Shown here: positions 1-11,228 of the stretch, in pieces
How the letters are laid out: each line of letters opens with the position of its first letter
How positions within the stretch are numbered: the first letter of the stretch is position 1
Assembly: GCF_009914755.1 (NCBI RefSeq)
Contig: NC_060926.1
Source of the DNA: the human T2T-CHM13v2.0 reference genome, Homo sapiens
Direction: 5' to 3' (one strand)
DNA length: 64,000 bases
The notes under the pieces: generated by a model
What the model was told of the DNA's origin: nothing
What the model saw: only the letters and a program-made list of their open reading frames with translations
Databases searched by the model: none
Made by a program: the position numbers and the translations under genes

Positions 1-187
1 CCTTAATCTTCACATCAGTTATATGCACATAATTTTGTCGTTCCTTGCTACCACATGATTGTGACATCAAAACAGTCTAACAGTTAACGCTGGTAACAGG
101 ATCGTTCCAAGAACCCAAGCTCTGGAGACGAGCATAAAGGCACAAAACAGTAAGGCCAGGCGTCCCTGGTCTACCGAAAAAAACTTA

Positions 188-273
188 CAAACGAAGAATC
201 GAAACCTTGAAGGAAAAGTTCAGATTGTGGCAAACGAAGAATCGAAACCTTGAAGGAAAAGTTCAGATTGTGG
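188..273. repeat. Perfect 43-bp tandem duplication
   Basis: caaacgaagaatcgaaaccttgaaggaaaagttcagattgtgg at 188-230 and 231-273. Confidence 0.97.
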
Positions 274-1249
274 GAAATAGGACAGCGGCTTAGGATTAAC
301 ACCAACCTCCTCGGTTACTAGTGGTCAGAGGGATGGGGCCACTTGCAGTTAATTTTCTAGAAAACATAACATGATTGATGTTGTCTAAGTATCAGATGTC
401 ACTTGGCTCCCCAAGAATGTATTTGTTGAATCAAGATTAAATTAAGGTTGCCCTATAAAGCAAGGGTTTTGGTCTTTGCTTCTTCTGATTCTCAACATTT
501 TTACTCCTGGGGAGCCACAATAGTTCCTAAGTGGTTTTTCAGCCGCTTTTTAGGTTTCAGAAACAGCATCCGTGCCCTTTTGATGTAATCTATGTCCCAA
601 TAATTAGTTCCTGCAGCAATGTAAATGATTAAAGTCAAGCCACGCTCATTTTTAAAGAAAAACCTCTAAACCCACAAATGTGTTCACCAATGTGTAAGTT
701 TCAACACGCTTGGTTGGAGCAATGATTCATCTCACAATACTGATCTGGAAGAATAACAATATTTTGTCTATTTTCATTTAAATATTTAATAGGAGATAGT
801 AATTTTATTTAATTCCTAAAGTTTATGACCAAAACTAATTGACAGGAATTAAGTCATTCAGCCAATATTTACTGAGCACCTGCTATATGCTCAGTACTAT
901 GCTAGGCACCAGCAATTAAAGAAGATCTCCTCCCTGCTTTGAGGGGATCACAGCCTAGTGATATGGGATGTATGAAAAGTAATGGATTCAAGAGTCCGGC
1001 AACCTAAGTTTGACACCTAATTCAGCCTCTTACACCTTTGGAGGAGAAGACCACCTGGGTTGATCAGACGGTCTCCAGGTGCTTGTTTTCACTCCATTCT
1101 GGCCCAAGCCCAGAGTCAGCAGCCTAGGTTTTAGTGGGATGAGGATACCAAGAAGTGTGGCTAAAAGGGAGATTGCAAGGACCTGACTTAAAGACCTGCA
1201 GGCGGGTGAGGTTATCACACGTTCCACATGTTGGCAGCCAATAACAACA

Positions 1250-1500
1250 AATTGAAAGCGATTGAACACTTACTGTGTGCCAGGCATGGGGATAGGCGCT
1301 TCACCTGTATTATCCTGCTTCATCCTCCCAACAATTCTTTGAGGTACCATTATGATCCCATTTTACATATGAGAAACTGAGGCTTAGAGGGAAAGGACTT
1401 GAGCAAAATCACAGGGCCCTAGGCACTTGAGCCAGATTTTGGAACTGGCTCTTTTGGGCTCCATGCTTAAGAGACCCCATACCCCACTAGGGTCTTAACC
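1250..1500 (-). mobile_element. MIR SINE relic
   Basis: MIR core cccattttacatatgagaaactgaggcttagag, plus cacttactgtgtgccaggc. Confidence 0.8.
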
Positions 1501-2193
1501 ATCACTTAGTAGCAATTAAGCCTGTCGCTTAACAGCTGCCACGTGCCTCCATATGCTACCCATTGCACCCATTCAAGGTTCTATTGGTTCTGGCCCAATC
1601 GCATTTTTCTCTAGAAAGTGGACCTTTTCTCTGCAGAGTCTACAGAGTGTGAGGGTCTAACTACACCTGCTATTTAAGAGAGCTCAAGCCTTGGACTCAA
1701 AAAGCATGGACTCAGCCCAGGTACTGAGCAGAGAGACAAAGCCAAGATACTGAGTAGCTTTGTAACTTCCAGCGTTCTTATATTAGTACAAAGCTATTTC
1801 CAATTTTATATAATTACCTTTTTGAGGTAATTATCAATTCATGACCTTTTTAGTAAATGAGAGTGCTGAGGAAGGGCTAGACATTGAGGCCATTTTCCTA
1901 AAGGATTTGAAATGACGCAGTGGAAGGCACCCAGATGAAGGACAGGCGCAAGTGAACGAGCCTCAAATGCATACAGACTCCTGCATTTTAGCATCCGGAT
2001 CCACCATTCACGGCAGAGCTAGACCCTGACACCAAAAATTGAGATGACTGATATACCGACTAGAACTCCAGACACCATCTTGTGATCCATCCCCCCACTC
2101 AGCAGAGGCCTAGAGAATGAATACCAGCAATGTCAAAAAAACAAACAAAAAATTCCACAGAAAATCTCCCCAGTCATTTGATTGTATAAATAA

Positions 2194-2199
2194 TTTATT
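2194..2199 (-). terminator. Distal polyadenylation signal AATAAA of ARL4C
   Basis: TTTATT on + strand with a downstream (minus-strand) TTTTTTGTTTGTTTTTTT element. Confidence 0.75.
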
Positions 2200-4941
2200 T
2201 CTGTTCACAGCATCATATATGCATTATAAAAGGCTATGGAAACAAAAGAGAAGGATGATGAGACAGAGAATTACAGCAGTAGAAAGGAAAACAGAAACCA
2301 GGGCACACAGTTCCAACACCAGAACAGAGAATTTGGGAAGATAATTGCTCTGAAACAGAACTGGCCTCCCTGTGTCTATTAGAAAACATTTCCAAAGCTC
2401 ACGGAGGGAGGCCAACTTCCCCTATGGGAAACCCATTCACTCGCCAAAGGGCAGAAGGCATCATAAATCACCCATTGATACATTGGTGGGGGGCTCCCTG
2501 TCCCCCTGGTGACCACTCCAAGGTGATTTGATCTGTGCTTCCTCTGTTGGGTCAGAGACGAAACGGGCTATTATTAGGTCAAACATTACAGAAATCAACT
2601 GAGACTCTTAACTAGTAGTTGATACACCACAGGGCTTTACTTTACTGCACAATTACTAACAGTTGATTGCACCCTTAAGTATTGATTATGCAAAAAACAA
2701 AATCATCTCGCATCAGTTTTAAAGCATGACAGGGTTTGAACAGTGATCTTGAACCTAAGTATTGTTATCATGAGAAGGTTACAGTATTTGGCATCTGCAA
2801 TGTCACAAAATAAATATATTATTCTCTCAATAGTGTGGAACTACCAAAATGTCAAAGTGCTTAAGAAATTGTCGCATGTGAAGAAAATAAAGAAAGATGG
2901 ATTTTTTTTTTAATAATTCTATACAGAATCTTCAGATGATGGGACCAGCCCATTTAGAAATCAGTGGATATGCTGTCGATATGTAAACTGAAATCTTGCA
3001 GGCTTTTCAACACTGCTTAGCTAGACTTTCTCTACTGAGTTTCTACAAAAAGACCAGCATTGGAGGGGTACCAAATACACCGACAAAAGAGAAAAAGCAG
3101 ATGGGCTGCTAGGTTTCTGCTTTTAAAAAATTTCATATAAGAATTGGGTTTCAAGCAGGAAGCCAGAACTTCTGCCTCTGGTTCTTAAATTAACATTCGG
3201 TGTGTAATGGACAATAGGCAGGGACTCATAATTTGACTAACTCACATGCTCAAGCATGATCGTGTCCAATTTCTACAGGCCTCCTTTGTAAAGAAATGTG
3301 TAACAATGGGGGGAAAGTCATAATTCTACCTGAAAACATGGATTGTAAGAGGAAATAAAAAAATCAAACAGTATGTTTTAAGTTTCCCTTTTGATACTGT
3401 GTTTCAGGGTAAGTGACAGCTTCTGCAAACCAAGACTCAGTCCTGATTATAAAGGATTTTTAAAATTACATTATTAAAAATATGTATTTATTCTTCTTTC
3501 ACTTTATCTATTTTCCAAAGCCTCTTTCAAGTAAACTGTGAAGTGCCTGAGTACCAGTGACCATGACGTCACACTTTCTTTTATCTCAAGCACTCATTGT
3601 TGTTTGCATTTGCCCAAAGTGCTGGCTGGCTCCGAAGGCCAGTTCCCACAAGAATGAATTCGGAAAGACTTCATCCTTGTGTTTTTCCTTCTCTTTTAAT
3701 TCCATGCAACGAGGTCAGCTTTTGCAACAAGGTGGGGTTTTATTTTTTTGGTGCATGACATCAAATACTCTAACGAGACATTTTTAATGAAAGACTTAAA
3801 CCAGATAGGCCACAATGAACCAAATTAGAAATCTGAACATGTCACCACTTGCAGCATAAAGGAATATAAAAGGGCAGAGCAAAGTCTTTTTTCCTAAGGT
3901 GAATATTTCTAAGGTAAGTATTCATTTGTAAAAGTTTTTTTTTTTCATCATGTCTGAAAACCCATTATCACGCGGTTAGTATTACAAGAGACATCCCTTG
4001 GTTAAAAAAAAAAATACCATCTTGCAATTCAGCACACACCTGCAGCTGGTGTGCTCATCCAAACCAATCAGTAGGCTAAGAGAATTTAAAATTCCATACA
4101 TATGAGTCTAGGTATTAATGCCGATTACACAGTACACAGTACAGAGGGAGGTCCCTATATCCACACACACACACACCCCATCCAGCATTTACACCAAAAG
4201 CCTTACCCTTTAAACACCTTTAACTATCCTGCAAACAGTAAATGCATCATTGGCCACCACCTCCAATAGTTCGTCTTTTTTTTTTTTTATTTTTTTTATT
4301 TTTATTGGTCTCTTTGTGTGATAATGACCTACACATGGACAGGGTCCAAACCATCTGGAAGATGTCTGATTCCAGGCTGAAAAGCAGTTCTCAACAAAAC
4401 TGGTCTTCTGCAGCCACCACAAAGCACCAGGAAAAGGGCACCTCCGCGGCCATCCCCAGCCAGGCCAGCACAGCGCTCCGTGCCCGCTGAACCGTCCCAG
4501 GCAGTCCTCTGATGACCCAAACCACCACCACCTTTGGGCCCAGAGCAGGACAAATGAAATTTCAACAGGGGCCTGCCCTGTGACCGAAAATTACTCAGCT
4601 TCACAGCCCCTGAATGCAAGGAGAGGTGGTCCCCCCAGAACCAACATGCCCCCCAAGGTGGGTACGCCCACGGTTCTGGGAAATGCATACCTCAGGTAAT
4701 TCACAGGTGCGATCCCCCAGTGGAGGCGGGGCAGCCTGAACTTCTGGCCCTGCAGGAGTGGGAAGAAATCGCTTTTGTCTTTCCGACAACTGAGCCTTCC
4801 ACCTGGGGCTGGGAGGGCGGACAGCAGGACCGGCTCTTCCACTCCCCACCGCGGCCCCCCGACCTGGTCAGTAGCTCTGGCGTTCAGACAAAAGGTCCCC
4901 TGAGCTGGGGGTGGGGGGCAGGTCGAGAGTAGGCCGGTAAA

Positions 4942-4972
4942 TCAGACTTCGCAGCTCCTTAAGTCACCAGTC
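4942..4972 (-). CDS. ARL4C: Coding part of alternative last exon of ARL4C, giving a 201-aa isoform ending ...KKKRTGDLRSCEV
   Basis: Donor CG|GTAATG at 5147-5146 overlaps the TAA stop; acceptor AAATGCAG|G at 4974-4973. Joining gives CGG ACT GGT GAC TTA AGG AGC TGC GAA GTC TGA = 201 aa, which fits my recollection of a 201-aa annotated isoform. Confidence 0.8.
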
Positions 4973-5056
4973 CTGCATTTGGGTGCAGAGATTCCGTTTT
5001 AAAAATTCGAAGCATCGCTTTGGTTCGCTCTTTGTTCGCGGGCGCGGGTTCTCGCT

Positions 5057-5101
5057 CATCCATCCATCCATCCATCCAACCATCCATCCATCCATTCATT
5101 C
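5057..5101. repeat. (CATC)n / (GGAT)n tetranucleotide microsatellite inside the ARL4C retained intron
   Basis: catccatccatcc... tract, directly visible. Confidence 0.95.
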
Positions 5102-5143
5102 TTTCTTGACGCACTCGCTCGCTCCCCGGTCGCTCCGGGCGCA

Positions 5144-5722
5144 TTACCGCTTCTTCTTCTGCTTGAGGGACTTCCTGCGTTTCAGGATCATCTCATAGAG
5201 CTTGTCCATGCCCTCGGTGAGGCCCTCGCCGATGATGGCGCACGCCGGCTGGACGTGATAGGTGGTGGCCGGGATAAGCTCGTGCAGCGCCAGCTGCTTC
5301 TCAATCTCTGCCACCGGCAGCGACTTGGGCAGGTCCTGCTTGTTGGCGATGACCAGCAGCGGCGTGCCCTGGTTCTCGGCGAACTTGGTCACCTTGTGCA
5401 GCTCCGTCTTGGCCTCCTCCAGCCGGTCCACGTCCACCGAGTCCACCACGTAGATGATGCCGTCCGTGCAGCGGCTGTAGGACTTCCACAGCGGCCGCAG
5501 CTTCTCCTGGCCGCCCACGTCCCAGAAGTGGCAGCTGATGCCCTTGGCCGTGCCGTTGCTCAGCTTGATCTTCTCGGTGTTGAAGCCGATGGTGGGCACC
5601 GTGTTCACGAACTCGTTGAACTTGAGCCGGTAGAGCACCGTGGTCTTGCCGGCCGAGTCCAAGCCCAACATGACGATATGCAGGGACTGGAAGGCCGAGA
5701 TGTTAGAGGAGATGTTGCCCAT
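5144..5722 (-). CDS. ARL4C: ADP-ribosylation factor-like GTPase 4C (ARL7), 192-aa unspliced isoform
   Basis: ORF MGNISSN...KRRKSLKQKKKR. It has the Gly2 myristoylation start, P-loop GLDSAGKT, PTIGFN switch I, WDVGGQ, NKQD and the basic C-terminal tail of the ARL4 subfamily. Strong Kozak context (GCCATGG); CDS has no internal introns. Confidence 0.99.
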   Translation of the reverse strand: MGNISSNISAFQSLHIVMLGLDSAGKTTVLYRLKFNEFVNTVPTIGFNTEKIKLSNGTAKGISCHFWDVGGQEKLRPLWKSYSRCTDGIIYVVDSVDVDRLEEAKTELHKVTKFAENQGTPLLVIANKQDLPKSLPVAEIEKQLALHELIPATTYHVQPACAIIGEGLTEGMDKLYEMILKRRKSLKQKKKR

Positions 5723-5882
5723 GGCTCCTGGCTGCGGCGCCAGCCACTGCGGCTGCGGCGGGAGGGCGCCGCCCCCCGAGCAGTCACGGGCCCGACGCGG
5801 CCGGGCGCACCTGGGCCCCGCCCGCCGCCGCCCGCACCGGCCCCGGGGCTCGGCGTCCCCGCGGGCGCACGGCTTGGCGCGC

Positions 5883-5936
5883 TCAGACGCCGCAGTCCCC
5901 GCGCCCTCGCCGGCCGGGCTCGCGATCGGCGGGCAT
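5883..5936 (-). other. Upstream ORF (17 aa, MPADREPGRRGRGDCGV) in ARL4C 5' UTR
   Basis: Only minus-strand ATG between ~6240 and the main start. Context GCGATGC (purine at -3); stop TGA at 5885-5883; out of frame with the CDS. Confidence 0.6.
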
Positions 5937-6110
5937 CGCGTCTCTACGCGCGGCTTTGTCTCCCGCGAAGCCGCCTCAGATGTTCGGCGCCCTCCCCAGG
6001 CCTGGGCTCGCTCTGTGGTTTCCTCGGGCCGCGCCCCCGCGCTCCGGCAGCTGCCCGGGCTCTCCGCTCTCCCGGCGCCCGGCGCTCGCCTCTGGCCTGG
6101 GACGGCGCTG

Positions 6111-6140
6111 CTCCTGCTCCTGCTCCCGCTCCCGCTCCCG
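6111..6140. repeat. Hexamer repeat (CTCCTG)2(CTCCCG)3 in ARL4C 5' UTR
   Basis: Five tandem 6-bp units. Confidence 0.85.
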
Positions 6141-6214
6141 GAGCGCGGGCTTCCCCGGGAGTCGCTGTCCGCTCGGCAGCCTCACAGTCCCCGCGCCGCC
6201 GCAGCAGCCGCCAG

Positions 6215-6500
6215 CCTGCAGCGGCCGGAGAGCTCCCGGACCCGCCCCCTCGCGCCCCGCCCCGGACCCGCCCCCGGCCCCGCCCCGGGCCCCGCCCCGC
6301 CCGCCGCCGGGGGTCAGGCGCGGTCCTCCCCGCCCAGCCGGCCGTTTTCGCGCGCTTCGCTGCGTCCCCGCCGCCCCCCGCCGCCCCCCGGCCCCTCCCG
6401 CGCCGCGCCGCGCAGACACAATGGGCGCGGAGCCGGCTCTTCCTCCCCAGCGGCTGACGCGTTTGCAAAAATAGCTCTCGGCTCCCGGAATCCCCGCCCG
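6215..6500 (-). promoter_or_regulatory. TATA-less GC-box core promoter of ARL4C (TSS approx. 6200-6230, inferred)
   Basis: Multiple CCCCGCCC (Sp/KLF) boxes at 6241-6302 and a CRE/ATF-like TGACGCGT at 6455-6462, directly upstream of the 5' UTR. Confidence 0.7.
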
Positions 6501-9500
6501 GGTCCTAGCCCGCCCCCTGCCCCTCCGGGCCGCAGCCGTGGGCGACGCAGCCTGCCTGAGGGAGTGGGTCCCGGGGTCCCAGCTCTGTGGGCGCGAGGCG
6601 GGGCAGGGCGGCCCCCAGGGTGACTGGGAGAGCGCCGCTCTGGGGAGTGAGGGCGGCGAGGCTGGGGCCTCCAAACCCCAGAAGGGACGGGACGGGGCTG
6701 GCCTCGGTGAGCTGCCAGCCTGCGCTCTGGATCCAGCCGGGCGCGTCCCCTCCCACCCTCGCGCCGCGGCTGTCGCCGGCCCCGGCCCCCAGTGACGCCC
6801 AGGCTCGCCTCCTGCCTGGGTTCCAGGGGGCTGCACCCGGCCAGCGCCGCCCTCCGGAGCCCAGGCCTGTGCCCAGGGCACCCTGGAGGCCCAGCCTTTC
6901 TTGCCCGGTGGCGGCGGTTGGGGCAGGGTCGGACCTAGGCCGCGATGGGGGATTAGAAGACCTACCTGCCCCAAGTAGCTCGGACAGCTCACCCTCCCAG
7001 ACACGCCTGGGCTACCTCATTTCGTCCGCATCGACTCTGCTGACATCCCAGGGGAAGCGTCAGCATTTCGGGAGAGCACCCCTTGCCACCCGACTTTGGG
7101 AACTGAGAACCACCTGCCCGCAGGTGAACTACTCCGCAGAAATGGCAACACCAGCCCCGGGGGCTGAAAGAAAATGTGTCTACAGCTTGGAGCTGGTGGC
7201 GCAGTGGGTTACAAACACTGATATTCCACGGGTTCCACCTCCTGTCACCTCAGTTCAATGGTTTTATTCTGGTTTGTAAACATGTAACAAATGTATATCC
7301 TCTCTGGGTGCGGAGAAAAGTGAGAGTATATTATGGCAAACACACAGATCTGGGGAGAGCTGCTCCGCAGGAGACAGCAGGCCGCAGCATGGGCGACCGC
7401 ATCTTCCCAGCTCTAGCTTATGAGACAGAAACGACGGAAACGGGGTCAAGGGAGAAGAAAATGAAAATGCTAAGAATTTATGAATAAAAGCTAGAATTTT
7501 AGAGAAATACTTTATCACCTTCTGTTCACAAACCACGAAAAGACATATGATATCGTTGGTACCAAAGCATGTGAGAAGACCTCACCTGTAGAAGGAAGGA
7601 CAAGCCACCACCACCCCTATCCTTGGAATTCCCAAGGTGGCAGCCGGAGCGACCATCCACTCTACTGAGTGGATTTGGGGCTGGAAACGAAGTATCAGGC
7701 TGGAAAGGACCCTGCCTATCATTCCACCCAACGTTGTCCAGTGAGGTAACAAGGCCTAGGCGCCCGTGACGGCTAAGGCAGAACCTAGAGGCCCACTGCC
7801 TGCTCCAGGACCAAGGGTCTGTATGCACAAAACTGGGCACCTGCCTGCCCTCTTCCTCACACCCCACTCTACCCACACGCTATTTCCTTCAATGAGGAAT
7901 AAAGTGAGCCACCCGAAGGATAGAGTTCAACAGAAAATATTGGCTGCACTGTGCCACTTACTTCATTTTAAATAAAAATGGAAATGTATTCACTGACATC
8001 ACTGAAAAGTTAAGGATAAAGGTCCTCTTCAGGCATGGCTAGACCCAGGAGCTCAAAAGGAGTCTTTCGAGCAGGTGTCTCTCCAGTCCTCCTCCGTGTT
8101 CCCCTGTGTTGATTCTTTTTCCTTCTGGCAGCCTTGAACTCACATCCTTGGTTTAGATCCTGGAAAGGAAAAGGTACAACTCTTTCCCAGTAACTCTAAC
8201 CAAAGCCTGGAGCACGCACCCTGGATCAAGGACTGCAGTCCAGGAGGAGGGAACACACCAGTGGATGTGGCCCAGGGGTTGAAATCGGGAAGGGTGGTTC
8301 TCCAAGAAGAATCCAGGATCTGTCACCAAAAGAGCAACTCTAGTGAGGCAACAGAAACAACATATGTTGGCATAATTCATAATGATGATGTTTCCGTTAT
8401 TGGGAACCCTGGGGAGACAGGATTTTGTGTTTTTGGAGTGATTTTCTTGACTCTCTTTAATGCCTGCCCCATAGATAGCCAGCTTCTCATGAGACTGTTT
8501 CTTGTTTCTCTTTCTTCTCTGCCACAGACAGGGCCGAGGCTGAGCCCCAACCCAAGATGAGCCTTTGGTTTAGTAGCCTGGGACCTGGACATTTGGAAAG
8601 AGACAGATCAGACTGGAAGCCTCTCCATCCGGCTTCCACAGATTACCTTTGTGTTACTTCCTTTTCCCCTAGTCAAGACTTGCTTTAAGTTTTAAGGTGG
8701 TAGGAAGGAGATATTTTAGTAAAGTATCCGATGTATCTTTTTGGTGCTATGCTAATTATTACCAAGAGCCTCAGTGGTTTTGACTGCAGCCTCCACATTT
8801 TGCACCACCATGATGGGGTTTAGCAATAAAGGGCTGTCTGCTGTCCAGTAGGAAAAAACAGATTAATAGACATTAATAGAGCCTTCCAGAACACAGCCAT
8901 TAAACAGCAACTCACCATAATTGAATAGCAACCACTCTACCTGCTAATTTCACTCACCAGGTGATAAGTTAATTTTACAGTTGATAATTTAACTTCTAAC
9001 ACATAAAAATATCATTTGGTTGAGTCGACTGGTAACTTTCCTTCAAATGTGGATTTTTATTGAAAAACACTGGAATTATGAAAAGGAAGGTAATGTTTAC
9101 CACTCATATCAGACATGTAAGGCCTACTTTGAGCCTATTTCTTCATGGACATACATCATGGCTAAATTCCACTGAGTGGAAAATATTGGCTGCACTGTGG
9201 CACTTACTTCATTTTAATTAATCAGAAGGAGAGATTTTTTCAAAGAATAGCATGTACTTGTGTCTGCCTGAGATGAATTCCTCTTCCAGCAGCAGTGACA
9301 TTTCAGGTCCTCTCCTTTCTATTCTTCATCAAGATGACTGCATCCAGAGAAGAACTCAATTATTTCAAGCAAACAGAAGGCAATAACTTGGCAGTAATTT
9401 TGAAATTGCATCCTAAAATATTCTCTTTTTTTTCCCTTTAAGGGCTTTGAAATAAAATGTGCCACCAATTAAAATGACTTTTGAGTGAATCCGATGACTA

Positions 9501-10866
9501 GAGCAATATATCATGGCATTATTATCTTTGCTTGAGTAAGGCTAATAACCTAAAATGCAAAAGGGAGCATCCCATTTATTCTTGAATATGATGAGTAAAT
9601 AAAGACCAGAACATGGGCACACGTGTACACACATACACACACGCGCGTGCGCGCATAAGTGTGGGGTTATTTGCATGTTCTCACTGCAGACCTGCTGTGG
9701 AACTCTGGGTTCAGGTTCACTGCCCCGGTGCTTAACTGTTATAATACAGGAGTGCCCTCTGCTGAGCTTCTCGGATAATAGATGAAGGGCTCTACAGAGG
9801 CACATTGGCCTAGTGCTTAGCAAATGTTCAGTCCATAGTTATGGAATGAATGATGGATAAGTGACCCCCTGCTTTTCTTCTCTCTATGGAGATGCAGGAA
9901 TAGAGCCCTACTGGTTAAACTGAGAAAGTGCCAGGGGCCCATGGGTGCTTTGCTTGGGGCTCAGAGCTCAGAGCCATTGATGCCAGTGTGGGTCTTGTCT
10001 GTGAGACCTGTGGGTTATCTGCTGGGAGAGGGGAGCCAGGAACCTGGCAGAGCAGGAAGTCGCTTTACTAGGAGAACTGTTCAAAGAATCACAATTGGTG
10101 GAAGAGATCAGAAAAGAGCATCCAGGAAACCCAGCTGAGACCAGAGAAGGGAAGAAAACTGATTTTTGCATCTAATTCGCAGGCAGGCATGAGCAGCTGT
10201 AAATGGAGAATGGGGCTGGGAGTCGAGAATGAAGGAGGCCAGTTGGCAGACAAAGTGACAAGGCCTGAAGCTCCTGAAGCCAGGTGGTCCAGGATTGAAG
10301 CCTTTTATCTGTCAGGAGAGGTTCCTTAAGGAAGAACCAAACCAATACTTCCAGAAGCCCCAGGGCATGCTAGACAAACCAGTCACCATCACTGCAGTGC
10401 AACCCCCTCAACTCCAGGAGAAACGCCCACTCAGGCTACGTAACAGTGGAAGCCACTAAGACACTGGTGCCAAGGGAAGTTTTGTGGATGGGACGGTAGA
10501 TCTGGGGGGAGATAAATGAAAATCTGTGATGCCTGCAAGCTCCTGCTTCATTCAAGTGGTCCAAAGCCTGAAAATAAAAAAGATCCACTACTCTATTGGC
10601 CATTCAAGTTTATAATTCTAAGGAAAAAAAAAATCAGGGTGCCTTATTTTTTATTTTGCTAAGCAACAGGGCTGAAACAATTCAGGTTTTTATTTTCCCA
10701 ATGATCACCACTGCTAGTGTTTTGTATGGTTGTTGTTGTTGCTGTTTTCTCCAAGAAAAAAAATTTAAATCAAAAAGCTAAAAGGCTCCCCCGCTTCAAG
10801 TCTTCCTTAATAATTGTCGATCTCTATTACATTCCTGAGATAGATATAAAATTTTAGAAGCCATTA

Positions 10867-11228
<362 letters not shown>

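Larger units (their letters stand above)
2175..5143 (-). other. ARL4C: ARL4C 3' UTR (approximate distal end)
   Basis: No recognisable interspersed repeats between the stop codon and an AATAAA (2194-2199, minus). A U/GU-rich tract follows on the minus strand (2135-2153). The cleavage position is inferred. Confidence 0.7.
4990..7010. promoter_or_regulatory. CpG island covering ARL4C CDS, 5' UTR and promoter
   Basis: Very high GC and dense CpG from about 4990 to 7000, unlike the CpG-depleted flanks. Confidence 0.92.

Noticed and set aside
188-273. CRISPR-like array interpretation of the direct repeats
   Set aside because: Only two abutting copies, no spacers, no cas genes, and a eukaryotic genome.
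1810-1834. 10-bp inverted repeat ataattacct/aggtaattat (similar short stems at 870-896 and 49712-49738)
   Set aside because: Short, AT-rich or within old repeats; not distinguishable from chance.
2790-4380. Other minus-strand splice acceptors in the 3' UTR (e.g. TTTTCAG at 3330, TTTGTAG near 3043, CTGTAG near 3273)
   Set aside because: Plausible by motif, but nothing in the sequence supports their use. One also gives 201 aa, so the 4973 acceptor is preferred on proximity and recalled annotation.
4942-4956. C-terminal SCEV as a CaaX or class I PDZ motif
   Set aside because: Cys is third from the end (CaaX needs fourth) and position -2 is Cys, not Ser/Thr.
5255-7279. Long overlapping ORFs (400, 327, 342, 230, 174 aa) over the CpG island
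   Set aside because: Pro/Arg/Ala/Gly-rich with no domains. Stop codons are scarce in very GC-rich DNA and antisense to a GC3-rich CDS.
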